The position numbers were made by a program, and so were the translations under genes. A model generated the notes under the pieces. It was not told the origin of the DNA and did not search any database. It saw nothing but the letters and a program-made list of their open reading frames with translations. From Ignavibacteriota bacterium (GTDB taxonomy: Bacteria; Bacteroidota; Ignavibacteria; UBA10030): a stretch of 64,000 nt of DNA. Shown here one piece after another: positions 20,382 through 29,742 of this stretch. Within the stretch, counting starts at the first letter, position 1. Each line of letters opens with the position of its first letter. The stretch is taken from positions 2,176,001-2,240,000 of the forward strand of contig OY969585.1 of NCBI GenBank assembly GCA_963701295.1. Reading direction: 5' to 3'.

Positions 20382-21359
20382 ATGGAAATCGCTGAAAGTG
20401 TACAGATCATAAAAGCGCTCGCAGATAGTTCTCGTCTCACAATCATTCAGGCTCTCCGGGAACCGCAATGTGTCGAGGAGCTTGCTCAGCGTTGCAATCT
20501 TGCTGCATCCACGGTGTGTTTCCATTTGGGGATGCTGGAAAAAGCCGGATTGGTATTCAAACGAAAAGAACAGTACTACGTCGTCTATGCGCTGAATGAA
20601 GCACTTTTCGACAAAAGTCTCCGCGATCTGACATCATTCCGGAATGCAGAACACTACATCCAGGAAGAACGCCTGCAGCGCTATCGAGAAAAAGTCTTGA
20701 AGGCTTTTATAAGGAACGGCCGGGTCAATCGAATTCCGGCTCAGTATAAGAAACGCCTCATTGTAATGGGGGAGATTCTGCGCCGATTCCAACCTGAATC
20801 GGTTTATAAAGAGAATGAAGTAGATGCTCTCATAGGCGAAGTGTGCGACGATTATTGTACAATTCGGCGTGCATTCATTGACGAGGGAATGATGGTACGC
20901 AATGGAGATAAGTATCGCATAGTGAAGTCAACACCGATTACACCGGCAATACATGGCACAGTGAACAAAAAACGTTTAAGGACAATGAAAGTGAAAACAA
21001 AACAGGATATTAAGAGAGAGTACAAAGAAAGGAAGATACCTGCCGGTATTTTTCAAGTGAAGAATAGCGTGAATAGGAAAGTGCTGCTTGGAAGCAGTTT
21101 AAATCTTGAAGGGCCGTTGAACAGTCACAAGTTTATGCTGAAAATCGGACGGCATCGCAACGAAGCGCTTCAGAAGGAATGGAATGAATACGGCCCGGAT
21201 AAATTCGTCTTTGAGATCCTTGAAATTGTAAAGGTCAAAGATGATCCGAACTTCAATCTGAGCGATGAGTTGACACTGCTGGAGCAGATATGGCTTGAGA
21301 AACTTCAGCCTTTCGGTGAGCGAGGGTACAACATCGATTCACATATTCGCCAGGCATAA
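20382..21359 (+). CDS. ArsR HTH + DUF2087 + GIY-YIG-like fusion protein
   Basis: KALADSSRL..LAASTVCFHL (ArsR); IPAQYKKR..YKENEVD..DDYCTIRR (DUF2087); AGIFQVKN..LLGSS..ALQKEWNEYG..F.FEILE (GIY-YIG). Confidence 0.8.
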   Translation: MEIAESVQIIKALADSSRLTIIQALREPQCVEELAQRCNLAASTVCFHLGMLEKAGLVFKRKEQYYVVYALNEALFDKSLRDLTSFRNAEHYIQEERLQRYREKVLKAFIRNGRVNRIPAQYKKRLIVMGEILRRFQPESVYKENEVDALIGEVCDDYCTIRRAFIDEGMMVRNGDKYRIVKSTPITPAIHGTVNKKRLRTMKVKTKQDIKREYKERKIPAGIFQVKNSVNRKVLLGSSLNLEGPLNSHKFMLKIGRHRNEALQKEWNEYGPDKFVFEILEIVKVKDDPNFNLSDELTLLEQIWLEKLQPFGERGYNIDSHIRQA

Positions 21360-21456
21360 TTATTTTCTGTAAAGATATCGCGAAGTAACAAAATGATAAT
21401 GTGACTCATATTTGTAAAATCAGTACCTTTACATGAAAGAAAACTGAGGAAAGATC

Positions 21457-21930
21457 ATGGAAATATCAAAACATATTGCTTTGGTTGCACATGATAACTG
21501 TAAAAAAGATTTGGTCGAATGGGTAGAATGGAACTGGAAATTGCTCTTGAACCATAAGTTGATCTGTACAGGAACGACCGGCCGCCTTGTTGAAGAAACA
21601 ATATCCAAAAAACTAGAAAAAGGCGATACACTCAAGCATCATATTTTGAAACTCAAATCCGGACCGTTCGGAGGTGATCAACAGCTAGGTGCAATGATTG
21701 CTGAAGAAAAAATCGACTTGTTGATTTTCTTTTGGGACCCTATGCAGCCGCATCCCCACGATGTCGATGTGAAAGCGCTGCTCCGGATTTCTGTTCTTTA
21801 TAATATTCCTACATCGTGTAATAGGGCAACGGCAGATTATATTATTTCGTCACCCTTAATGAAGGAACGATATATTCCAAAAGTAACGGAGTACACTCAA
21901 TACACAGAAAGGGCTATTCCGTTATCGTAG
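21457..21930 (+). CDS. mgsA: Methylglyoxal synthase
   Basis: IALVAHD, TGTTG, SGPFGGDQQ, PHDVDVKALLR. Confidence 0.95.
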   Translation: MEISKHIALVAHDNCKKDLVEWVEWNWKLLLNHKLICTGTTGRLVEETISKKLEKGDTLKHHILKLKSGPFGGDQQLGAMIAEEKIDLLIFFWDPMQPHPHDVDVKALLRISVLYNIPTSCNRATADYIISSPLMKERYIPKVTEYTQYTERAIPLS

Positions 21931-21995
21931 AAGAAACCGCTGGAAAAGGAATCTGAAATATCACCAAATAGCCGGCGGGCAAGCCTGTGATGTTG

Positions 21996-22024
21996 TTGAA
22001 TTGAGAGAGAGTTTTTTGTAATTT
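21996..22024 (+). promoter_or_regulatory. Probable native tRNA-Arg promoter
   Basis: TTGAAT-17-TAATTT; the same -10 and spacing occur upstream of tRNA-Ala (55769-55797). Confidence 0.6.
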
Positions 22025-22037
22025 TAGGTGCAACATT

Positions 22038-22102
22038 GGCCCCGTAGCTCAGTGGATAGAGCAACAGCCTTCTAAGCTGTGGGTCGCGTGTTCGAGTCAC
22101 GC
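22038..22102 (+). pseudogene. 3'-truncated tRNA-Arg(UCU) copy (left att site)
   Basis: Identical to the intact tRNA through the T-arm, then AAAACACT replaces the acceptor 3' strand CGGGGTCA. Confidence 0.9.
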
Positions 22103-22182
22103 AAAACACTACGATTTTCTGCATGTCCTTCCTTACTGGGTACTAATTTTGGGACTCCCTGCCTCAGAAAGCGAGGCTTCCG

Positions 22183-23253
22183 ATGTTCCTCTACAAGCAT
22201 TCCAACGGTGTTTATTATCTGTATTTTAAGAACGAGCAAGGCAAAAGACAAAAAGTCTCTACTCGTTGCACATACAAAGCCGATGCAATGAATTTCTTGC
22301 AGTCCTTCAAAAGGGACGAATACGAGAGAAGGCAGAAAGCAAAACATAAGCTTCTATCTGAATTCCTCATTGCTTTTCTTTCCTATGCTGAAGGAAGCTT
22401 CTCTGAGGGCACTGTAGCAATCTACAAGGCAACACTCAAGAACTTCATCGAATACATCGGAGACTTTCCGCTTGCCAATTACACGCCTCAGCATTTTGAT
22501 ATTTACAAAACTGAGAGACAAAAGCCTGTCAAAGTGGTTACGGTTAAAGATGGTCACACAACAGAGAAGGAGAAGATTGTCAAGCCGGTAACTGTCAACA
22601 TTGAACTCCGAGCGCTGAGGGCTTTCTTCAATACAGCCGTCCGGTGGAAGCTCCTCGAAAGTAATCCATTCAAAATCCAACTTGTGAAGGTACCGGAGAA
22701 TAAACCGACTTTCATCACAAAGCAAGAGTTTCAAAAACTGCTCAATGTGATAGAGGAACATTGGTTGAAGGAAGTGATAATTTTTGCCGTCAGTACCGGA
22801 TTGCGGAGAGGTGAATTAGTGAACCTGAAATGGGAAAGTGTTGACCTCAGCCGGAAGTTGCTCTACGTTGAAAGCACTCCGACGTTTCGCACGAAAGCCG
22901 GAAGAATGAGAATCATTCCATTGAATGATACTGCTCTCTACCTTCTGCAATCAAGGCAAGGTAAAGATACGTCGAGCTATGTTTTCACATTGAGTGGAAA
23001 GCTGTTGTTTGCCGATTGGATTACTCACTTATTCAAGCGATATGTGCGAAAGGCAAACCTCAGCAATCAGAGCATACATTTCCATTCACTCCGGCACTCT
23101 TTTGCTTCTTGGCTTGCTCAGGACGGCACTTCTGTTTATGTGATTAAAGACCTACTTGGTCACTCGGACGTGAAAACAACGCAGATATACAGCCATTTAC
23201 AGCCGGAGAGCTTGCATGCTGAGGTGAATAAGATTTCGGTATCTATGAATTGA
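22183..23253 (+). CDS. Tyrosine integrase
   Basis: TGLRRGEL, HSLRHSFASW, LLGHSD..TTQIY catalytic motifs. Confidence 0.95.
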   Translation: MFLYKHSNGVYYLYFKNEQGKRQKVSTRCTYKADAMNFLQSFKRDEYERRQKAKHKLLSEFLIAFLSYAEGSFSEGTVAIYKATLKNFIEYIGDFPLANYTPQHFDIYKTERQKPVKVVTVKDGHTTEKEKIVKPVTVNIELRALRAFFNTAVRWKLLESNPFKIQLVKVPENKPTFITKQEFQKLLNVIEEHWLKEVIIFAVSTGLRRGELVNLKWESVDLSRKLLYVESTPTFRTKAGRMRIIPLNDTALYLLQSRQGKDTSSYVFTLSGKLLFADWITHLFKRYVRKANLSNQSIHFHSLRHSFASWLAQDGTSVYVIKDLLGHSDVKTTQIYSHLQPESLHAEVNKISVSMN

Positions 23254-23350
23254 GGAATTGGTTATACTTAAATTTGAATCTTTTGATATAATTAAGTAGA
23301 ATCAATTGAGGCAAAACAATCCATGCGACCGTTATCACAAAGGATGAAAT

Positions 23351-23947
23351 ATGAAAAAGAAAAATAGAATAATTCTAATAGTCATCGCATCAATGATTGT
23401 TTTTCTGTTTTTTATTAAGACAAACCAGATTGCAGGCTTTATCCTTTTTGATAAGACTTATGCTCAAATAGCTGGTTCGAATATGCTGCAAGTCTATGGA
23501 GAAACACCGATTGCCAATAGACCAGTTTATGTTATCTCAATTAATCCTTTTACAATGTTTGATATAGATATTCTTAATGATTACTTTCTTCAGCGAATGG
23601 TTGTTCACAATGATGAATTGAGCATTGAACTTAAATTGATTAAATCAATTGATAAAAATTCACTTCACCGTCTTGATAGTATTGATGCTATTGCCTCAAA
23701 ATCCTTAGATGCTCTAATGAATCATTGGTGCACATATTCAACTCGGACGGATGTAAATGGACATTTCTCCGTCTCTGTTCCTGCAGGAAAATATCTTATT
23801 CTTGCTGTAGTGCCGAGTAAGAGGTTAAGTACTAAAACAGAACCAATTGGTGAGCTTGTATATGATTCAAAATGGGTATTTGCTTTCCAAAATTCATCAA
23901 AAGAGTTCTTGATTCATCCATTAGAATTGATTCATACAATAAGATAA
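23351..23947 (+). CDS. Membrane-anchored/exported cargo protein, unknown function
   Basis: N-terminal hydrophobic anchor; TDVNGHFSVSVPAGKY beta-sandwich-like motif. Confidence 0.65.
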   Translation: MKKKNRIILIVIASMIVFLFFIKTNQIAGFILFDKTYAQIAGSNMLQVYGETPIANRPVYVISINPFTMFDIDILNDYFLQRMVVHNDELSIELKLIKSIDKNSLHRLDSIDAIASKSLDALMNHWCTYSTRTDVNGHFSVSVPAGKYLILAVVPSKRLSTKTEPIGELVYDSKWVFAFQNSSKEFLIHPLELIHTIR

Positions 23948-24021
23948 AAATAGGTTGTCATCTTACAAGTTCATCTTGGCTGTTATCCATTAAGCATGCA
24001 TGAATTATGTGTGGAGTTTAG

Positions 24022-24846
24022 ATGAAATCAATACGTCCTTTTATCTTCCTTTTAGCATCCCTCATGCTAATATCATTTGTTACTGCTCAAGATTTTCGCA
24101 GTGTTAAATGGGGAATGACTCGACAACAAGTTATGGAAAAAGAAACAGAATGCAAACCCATTGAATCATTACTCGAAAATGCAATTGCATTTAGATGCGA
24201 AACTGGCAACAGTTCTCTTTATTCGTCCTTAGAGATTTATTATTTTTTTGATAATTACGCTGTGGATAGTATAACAACTACCTTTGGTTTACAAAGTATC
24301 CTTCTTAACTACAATGATGCCACACAGAAACTTTTTGGAGGAATGAAACAATTACGCTCAGCGGAGTGTGGCAATCCAATAAAACGAAACGACAGTTATT
24401 ATTGGAGAAGCAAAGATAAAAAGTATGTTGTTGAATTATCCTATGACCGGAACAAACATTGTATATCTGAAACCATAGCCGAACCGAACTGGGTTTTTGT
24501 GAAAGATATTGATTTCTCAAAAAAACCAAAAGAACAATCTGATTCTCCAGAATGGCAGACCACTCAAACGTTCAGTGGCAAATCAATGGAAACAACAGAC
24601 GACTTTTCTATCAAAAGCAAAAAATGGAGAATAAATTGGACTGTGGTTCCTGTAAACGATGAAATGGCATCGCTCTTCTTTGGCGCCCTACTAGTCAATA
24701 ATGAAGGGCACTCAGAAGTGATTGGAAACGTGATGAATGAAGACAATGGAACTTCGGTTTTTAGAGAACAGGGAACTTATTATTTAAAAATTACAGCATC
24801 AAATGCAAATTGGGAAATCGAAATTCAAGAATATTTAAAAAAATAA
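24022..24846 (+). CDS. Secreted cargo protein, unknown function
   Basis: Signal peptide then DFRSVKWGMTRQQV; beta-rich C-terminal domain. Confidence 0.7.
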   Translation: MKSIRPFIFLLASLMLISFVTAQDFRSVKWGMTRQQVMEKETECKPIESLLENAIAFRCETGNSSLYSSLEIYYFFDNYAVDSITTTFGLQSILLNYNDATQKLFGGMKQLRSAECGNPIKRNDSYYWRSKDKKYVVELSYDRNKHCISETIAEPNWVFVKDIDFSKKPKEQSDSPEWQTTQTFSGKSMETTDDFSIKSKKWRINWTVVPVNDEMASLFFGALLVNNEGHSEVIGNVMNEDNGTSVFREQGTYYLKITASNANWEIEIQEYLKK

Positions 24847-24892
24847 ATTAGATAGCATAGCTAAGCAGGCGCTAAAGATGATAACCTGAGTT

Positions 24893-25114
24893 TTAAATTT
24901 TTTCCGTTAGGAATTCGCCAACACAAAAAAGGTATTTGCTTCTCTTTAGTGAGAAGGGAGGTTTTATAAAATGGAAACTTTCTTTGTTGTAATCTTCTTC
25001 ATTGGACTGATTGCGGCGGCGATTAGAAGTTATGGTGCGAAAGATGGCACAGACGGCTATAGTGGTAATGACGACGAATTTCATGATGAATTTAATGATT
25101 TTGAATAACTTCAT
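24893..25114 (-). CDS. Possible small membrane peptide
   Basis: ATG start, one hydrophobic segment, fills an intergenic gap; no recognised family. Confidence 0.3.
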   Translation of the reverse strand: MKLFKIIKFIMKFVVITTIAVCAIFRTITSNRRRNQSNEEDYNKESFHFIKPPFSLKRSKYLFCVGEFLTEKI

Positions 25115-25262
25115 TTGTTGATTTATTAGTTTGGTTATGACATATTTTTGAGAAGCCGTCCCTTCTCAAACGGACATTCACCGTAAGGTGAAAAATATAA
25201 AATCCATTGTTGGCAGTGGACGGACTGCTGACAGTGGATTTTATGTTGTATGAGGTGATGGT

Positions 25263-26267
25263 GTGTATTCGCGATTAGACAAAGCGGATTTAGAGCATGC
25301 AAGAGAACTTGAACGAACCAGAATGGAACAATTACGGAAACTCGAACGAGAAAGAGTGCACGAGATAGGGAAACTTAAACGTAAAAGGAAAGTTGGAGGA
25401 CTACAGGAAGGTGAACAACAAACATTAGAGTTGTTGAAGTATGATAAAATTTCACTACAACCGTCTAAACTCTGGTATCCTTTTGGAACTATACATACAC
25501 TGAAAGATTTTTTAAGGAGATGCACAAAAAACGAACGACAAATATTCAAAATGATATTGCAAGACATCAATGAGTTAACACCGAAGAGATTGTCACAGGA
25601 GAAGGAACTAACTCTTTTGAACCTTTTACATGGCATAATAAATCTTTTGGAATGTGGAAATGTTAAAGGCATAACGGAGACGGAAGAAAGATACAATCAG
25701 AAACTAAAACTCTACCAAAAAGATATACGTGATAACGAATTATTTCCGCTTGCTCGTAACATTTATAAAATTAGAAATGATAATGCATGTAAACTTGAAT
25801 CATTCATTATCCGGCGGGAAGGTGCTGCACGCGCTTATGCAAAGAAATATTTTAAAAAACATAGAAAAGAACTTGAACAAGAATACAATGATAAATTCAA
25901 CAAGGATATAGCAAAAAGCAAATACAAAAAACGCTGGAAGGAATACATAATCCATGAAGTATTTGGAAAGATAATGAGTAATGGAATCAAAATACCAAGA
26001 AATGAATTGAGACTTCCCAAAGATGGAAGACTTTACAGACATAACAATCGACTTTATATAAGGAAAAATACACCTGAAGTGGAAAAGATTTCATTGGAAA
26101 AAGAACTTTCAAATATTAAGAGAATAAAGCTTTTCGATGCTATGGTAGAGGCTAATAAACAACATAGGATATTTCCCAAAAAAGAATTTGAACAAGACAA
26201 AAAAAAGATTTTCGACAGACTTAAACATTTCCACGGGAAGCACAAAAGCCGTATGAAATTAATTTAG
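25263..26267 (+). CDS. Basic helical hypothetical protein
   Basis: 334-aa ORF, GAGGTG RBS, followed by a hairpin at 26293-26326. Confidence 0.65.
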   Translation: MYSRLDKADLEHARELERTRMEQLRKLERERVHEIGKLKRKRKVGGLQEGEQQTLELLKYDKISLQPSKLWYPFGTIHTLKDFLRRCTKNERQIFKMILQDINELTPKRLSQEKELTLLNLLHGIINLLECGNVKGITETEERYNQKLKLYQKDIRDNELFPLARNIYKIRNDNACKLESFIIRREGAARAYAKKYFKKHRKELEQEYNDKFNKDIAKSKYKKRWKEYIIHEVFGKIMSNGIKIPRNELRLPKDGRLYRHNNRLYIRKNTPEVEKISLEKELSNIKRIKLFDAMVEANKQHRIFPKKEFEQDKKKIFDRLKHFHGKHKSRMKLI

Positions 26268-26461
26268 CACCTTCATAAATTTTCACTTCACAAAAGGCTT
26301 GCTTTCTTAAATGAGAGTGAGCCTTTCTCGTTTTTATAAAACAAACTGCAAAAAGTGAAGTCTCTTCACCCAATTAGCTCTGATTATTATGGTATCTACA
26401 AATACTTCTTCATAAAATTCTATGTGAATAAAAGCTTAGACATAAATCGAATTGAATCAAG

Positions 26462-26502
26462 AAGCAGATTGGAGTTCCCTAAGCTCTCCAATCTGCTTTT
26501 TT
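26462..26502 (+). terminator. Intrinsic terminator upstream of the replication genes
   Basis: AAGCAGATTGGAG / CTCCAATCTGCTT 13-bp stem followed by a T-run. Confidence 0.75.
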
Positions 26503-26583
26503 ATTTGTTGCACTCGCAACAACAAAAAACGGGCTGTCAAGTTCGAGGCTTAGACAACCCGTCAAAATCCAGAAAGGATTTTT

Positions 26584-27003
26584 ATGCTACAATCAAATAT
26601 ACAAAGAATTATTCTCAGTCCAACAAAATTAAAAAGTGTTTGGACTGTTGAACTGCACCTTCCATTTGAAACGCGCTATGTTGGCAAGTTGGACAAAGCC
26701 GGAGAAGGAACATTTATCTGCAAGAGGAAAGAAAAACATCTTCACTGGAAGACTAATTCGCTTGGTGTCAATCTTGAACTGCTTCAACGTTTCGATTTCA
26801 GGTGGATTTGTATTGAGTATTGCGGTCGTAAGCTCTTTACTACAAAACTATACATTCTCCATCATGGTAAGGTGTTCACATTCGACAAATCCGGTTTTGA
26901 AACGCAAGCGTTTCTTCCGTTGGAGGCTTGGGGACAGGATAAAGCATTAGAATTTGAAAGGCATTTAAACAGTCAAGGTAACTTATTCAATGAGGCTGCC
27001 TAA
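26584..27003 (+). CDS. Hypothetical protein, first gene of the replication operon
   Basis: AAGGA RBS; TAATG overlap with the helicase start. Confidence 0.7.
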   Translation: MLQSNIQRIILSPTKLKSVWTVELHLPFETRYVGKLDKAGEGTFICKRKEKHLHWKTNSLGVNLELLQRFDFRWICIEYCGRKLFTTKLYILHHGKVFTFDKSGFETQAFLPLEAWGQDKALEFERHLNSQGNLFNEAA

Positions 27004-28364
27004 TGATTACTACTATTGATGCTGAAAAGTTATTGGTAGCCGCTTGCTTGCAAGGCAGGAAATCAACCCTAATGATTGCAGATACATTGGGAGTCTGTGA
27101 AGATGACTTTAGCGATAAGCATCTCAGAATGATATTCGATGTATGCCAAGCTTTAGTCCTTCAACGAAAAGATGTTGATGCCCTTGCAGTTCAATCCTAT
27201 CTCCGGAATAGTGTTGATGAATTGTATTTCTCTGGTAAAGATAAACAGCAGGAACTTGAAGCGGTCGAATCCCTCTGCAAAGATGTCGCAACCGATTATC
27301 AATTCCTTAAACAACTCGCTTCTCCCTATACAGCTTGTCAATTTGTGAAGAAGGAAGCGCAACGCCGGAAAGTGATGGAGAAGATTTTCACACTATCGGA
27401 TAAACTGCAAAACGGAAGTGATGTTGAGGCAATCCTCAATATCGGTATATCGGACTTGCTTGCGATTTCGCATTCGATACAGAACTTGAATCAAAAGAAT
27501 TATCTCTCACTTGACGATGCAATCGTTGAAGCTGAAAGAGAAATCCAAGACGAACTCTCTGGAAAAGCGAACTGGCTATCTACCGGAATACCGGACGTTG
27601 ACAAATTGATACACGGACTCCACAATGAATGTTTATACATCATAGGAGCTGAGGCAAAGGTAGGAAAATCTTTGTTGAGCAATCAAATAGCACTTCATAA
27701 TGCAATCAAAGGCATTCCGGTCGGTATTGTTTCGATGGAAATGAGCGGACGCGAGATTGTGAAACGATATGCCGGAATATCTCACTGGGCAAGTCCACAA
27801 GATAAATTGCAATCTCTGGAAACATTCAAAGCACAAGCAAAAGGAAAGCCATTGTATTTCCGGCAAGGTGGAACTTCAACAAAATCCCTGTTCTCTATCC
27901 TTCAACAATTGGTCAATGATAGAAAATGCAAGCTTCTGATTTTGGATTATCTCCAGCTTATTCAGCTATCCGAAAAGAACCGGAACGCCGTTGATGAACT
28001 CAATTCTGTCTTAGCTGAATTGAAAAGCTTTGCAATTGAAAATCAGATACCGATTATTCTTGTGAGTGCTGTATTGACAAAGCAAGTCGCTGGAAAGAAT
28101 ATCAAGAAGCCCTCACGAGCCGATATAGTGGGAACTGGCAGAGCAATCAACGACTGTGATTGTATGTTGATGCTCTGGACACCGGAAGAGGAGAACCGAA
28201 AGTATATCGAAATCTTTGTAGAGCATGGACGCAATGGAGAAAATGGAAAAGCCGGTCTCTACCTCAACGATTCACTACAACTCGTACCAACAACTTTAAG
28301 AGAAGCTGAGGTAATACCATTGAAGGAATATAAGCCGAAATCTTCTTACGGCGGAAAGTGGTAG
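27003..28364 (+). CDS. DnaB-like replicative helicase (phage-type)
   Basis: IDAEKLL N-terminus, STGIPDVD, GAEAKVGKS, SMEMS, LILDYLQL. Confidence 0.9.
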   Translation: MITTIDAEKLLVAACLQGRKSTLMIADTLGVCEDDFSDKHLRMIFDVCQALVLQRKDVDALAVQSYLRNSVDELYFSGKDKQQELEAVESLCKDVATDYQFLKQLASPYTACQFVKKEAQRRKVMEKIFTLSDKLQNGSDVEAILNIGISDLLAISHSIQNLNQKNYLSLDDAIVEAEREIQDELSGKANWLSTGIPDVDKLIHGLHNECLYIIGAEAKVGKSLLSNQIALHNAIKGIPVGIVSMEMSGREIVKRYAGISHWASPQDKLQSLETFKAQAKGKPLYFRQGGTSTKSLFSILQQLVNDRKCKLLILDYLQLIQLSEKNRNAVDELNSVLAELKSFAIENQIPIILVSAVLTKQVAGKNIKKPSRADIVGTGRAINDCDCMLMLWTPEEENRKYIEIFVEHGRNGENGKAGLYLNDSLQLVPTTLREAEVIPLKEYKPKSSYGGKW

Positions 28365-28371
28365 GCAGGCA

Positions 28372-28716
28372 ATGGCTTCTCCACAAGTTGAAAATGGCTA
28401 TACAAGAGTGTCTAATGAGCTATTAGAAGCGATTGTGAGAACGAAAATGAACGGGACGCAGTTCGCTATAGTCTTAGCTGTGATTAGAGCAACCTATGGC
28501 TTTCATAAGAAAAGTAGAGAATTAGGTCTTGCATTCTTTGCAGTAGCAACCGGACATAATAAGCGAAAAATCGGAATCGAACTTAATAAGCTAATCAATA
28601 GAAAGATTCTGATAATAGAAAAAGGGCATTGTCTTGGTCATAGTCGTGCATTGAGACTTAATAAAGATTATGAGAGCTGGATAAATTTTGATAGGTATGT
28701 ACCTAATGGGACATAG
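28372..28716 (+). CDS. Lambda O-like replication initiator, N-terminal domain only
   Basis: MASPQVENGYTRVSNELLEA..VIRATYGFHKK..LNKDYESW. Confidence 0.85.
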   Translation: MASPQVENGYTRVSNELLEAIVRTKMNGTQFAIVLAVIRATYGFHKKSRELGLAFFAVATGHNKRKIGIELNKLINRKILIIEKGHCLGHSRALRLNKDYESWINFDRYVPNGT

Positions 28717-28800
28717 GGTATGTACCAAAACGTAAAAAAGGTATGTACCAAATGGGACACTAAATAAAGAAATAAAGAAAGCTTTAAAGAGATATTTAAT
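28694..28800 (+). repeat. Iterons plus A-rich tract (putative origin)
   Basis: GGTATGTACC at 28694, 28717 and 28740 (23-bp period), then an A-rich stretch. Confidence 0.75.
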
Positions 28801-28980
28801 ATGAAGAATACATTACAAGTGATTGAAGAAGAAATTCTATTCATAGGTCAACAACTTAATGAAGAAGTCTTTGAGCAGTACACTTCAGGCGAAATCACAC
28901 TTCAGCAACTGGATGAAGCTTATCGAATCCTTTCAAAATGGTCACTTCAGAGCGAAAATGTGTTGAAGTTGCTGGAATAA
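28801..28980 (+). CDS. 59-aa acidic hypothetical protein
   Basis: Manual ORF MKNTLQVIEEE..KLLE*, below the track's length cut-off. Confidence 0.5.
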   Translation: MKNTLQVIEEEILFIGQQLNEEVFEQYTSGEITLQQLDEAYRILSKWSLQSENVLKLLE

Positions 28981-29027
28981 AAGTAATTAAAACCTTTACT
29001 ATTTAGGATAAACAGAAAGAGAGAATA

Positions 29028-29552
29028 ATGGGTGGTTTTGGTAGTGGTCGTTCCGGCTGGCGTCCGGTCGTTGAAGACGGATTGAAGCTTGATTCGTACC
29101 GATTGCAGAGACAAGGCTTATTGAGTATTCACGGCTGTGAACTTTCAATTGGTTCGCTTGAATGGACATATACTTCCTCTGGAGAGCATGTTGCTTCCAT
29201 CGGCTATTCCGTAAATTATGAGAACCAGACGATGATACTCACCTACACGAAGACAATTGATGGAGAAAAATATCCGGTCAACGAAACTATCTGGCTGATA
29301 AGGCAGAAAACTAATTTCGGAGGTTCCCGCTTTCTTTTTAAATGTCCAAGCTGTTACGCAAGGGTAGCAAAACTTTATCTACCTAATGGTGCGCTCCATT
29401 TTCGCTGTCGTGGGTGTTATAATCTTACATATCAAAGCAGTAATGATAGCCATGAGTTCGACTTTCTTTTTCGACAAATATCATCTGAAACGGGTATGTC
29501 TTTTGGAAATGCTAAAAAAATAATGAAGAACATGTGGTACGTACTAAAGTAG
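29028..29552 (+). CDS. Zn-finger hypothetical protein (MGGFGSGR N-terminus)
   Basis: FGGSRFLFKCPSC..FRCRGCYNLTYQS. Confidence 0.75.
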   Translation: MGGFGSGRSGWRPVVEDGLKLDSYRLQRQGLLSIHGCELSIGSLEWTYTSSGEHVASIGYSVNYENQTMILTYTKTIDGEKYPVNETIWLIRQKTNFGGSRFLFKCPSCYARVAKLYLPNGALHFRCRGCYNLTYQSSNDSHEFDFLFRQISSETGMSFGNAKKIMKNMWYVLK

Positions 29553-29634
29553 TGTTAAATAGTATTGAATGGCTATCGAAAATGATATTATGAAACGGGT
29601 TGCCTTCTCTGTAATTGTTTTGTAAATTGAAATA

Positions 29635-29742
29635 GAACTCAAAGAAATCCGCTTTCGGAAAATCAAGAAAGAATTTACTCGAAAGAGTAGAACGCCAAGA
29701 GTTCAGAGACCGGAAGCCTCGTTTCGCTTGGCGTTTCTTATT
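29635..29742 (+). ncRNA. Candidate element-encoded sRNA complementary to the integrase RBS
   Basis: Promoter TTGCCT-17-TAAATT (29600-29628); GAAA hairpin; 9-bp stem enclosing CGGAAGCCTCG, the complement of 22172-22182. Confidence 0.5.

Noticed and set aside
26355-26651. 98-aa ORF in the element
   Set aside because: Runs through a strong terminator and overlaps the better-supported 26584 gene.
28694-28760. Periodic repeats as a mini-CRISPR
   Set aside because: 10-bp repeat at a 23-bp period with similar spacers and no cas genes; iterons fit better. No CRISPR array was seen in the window.
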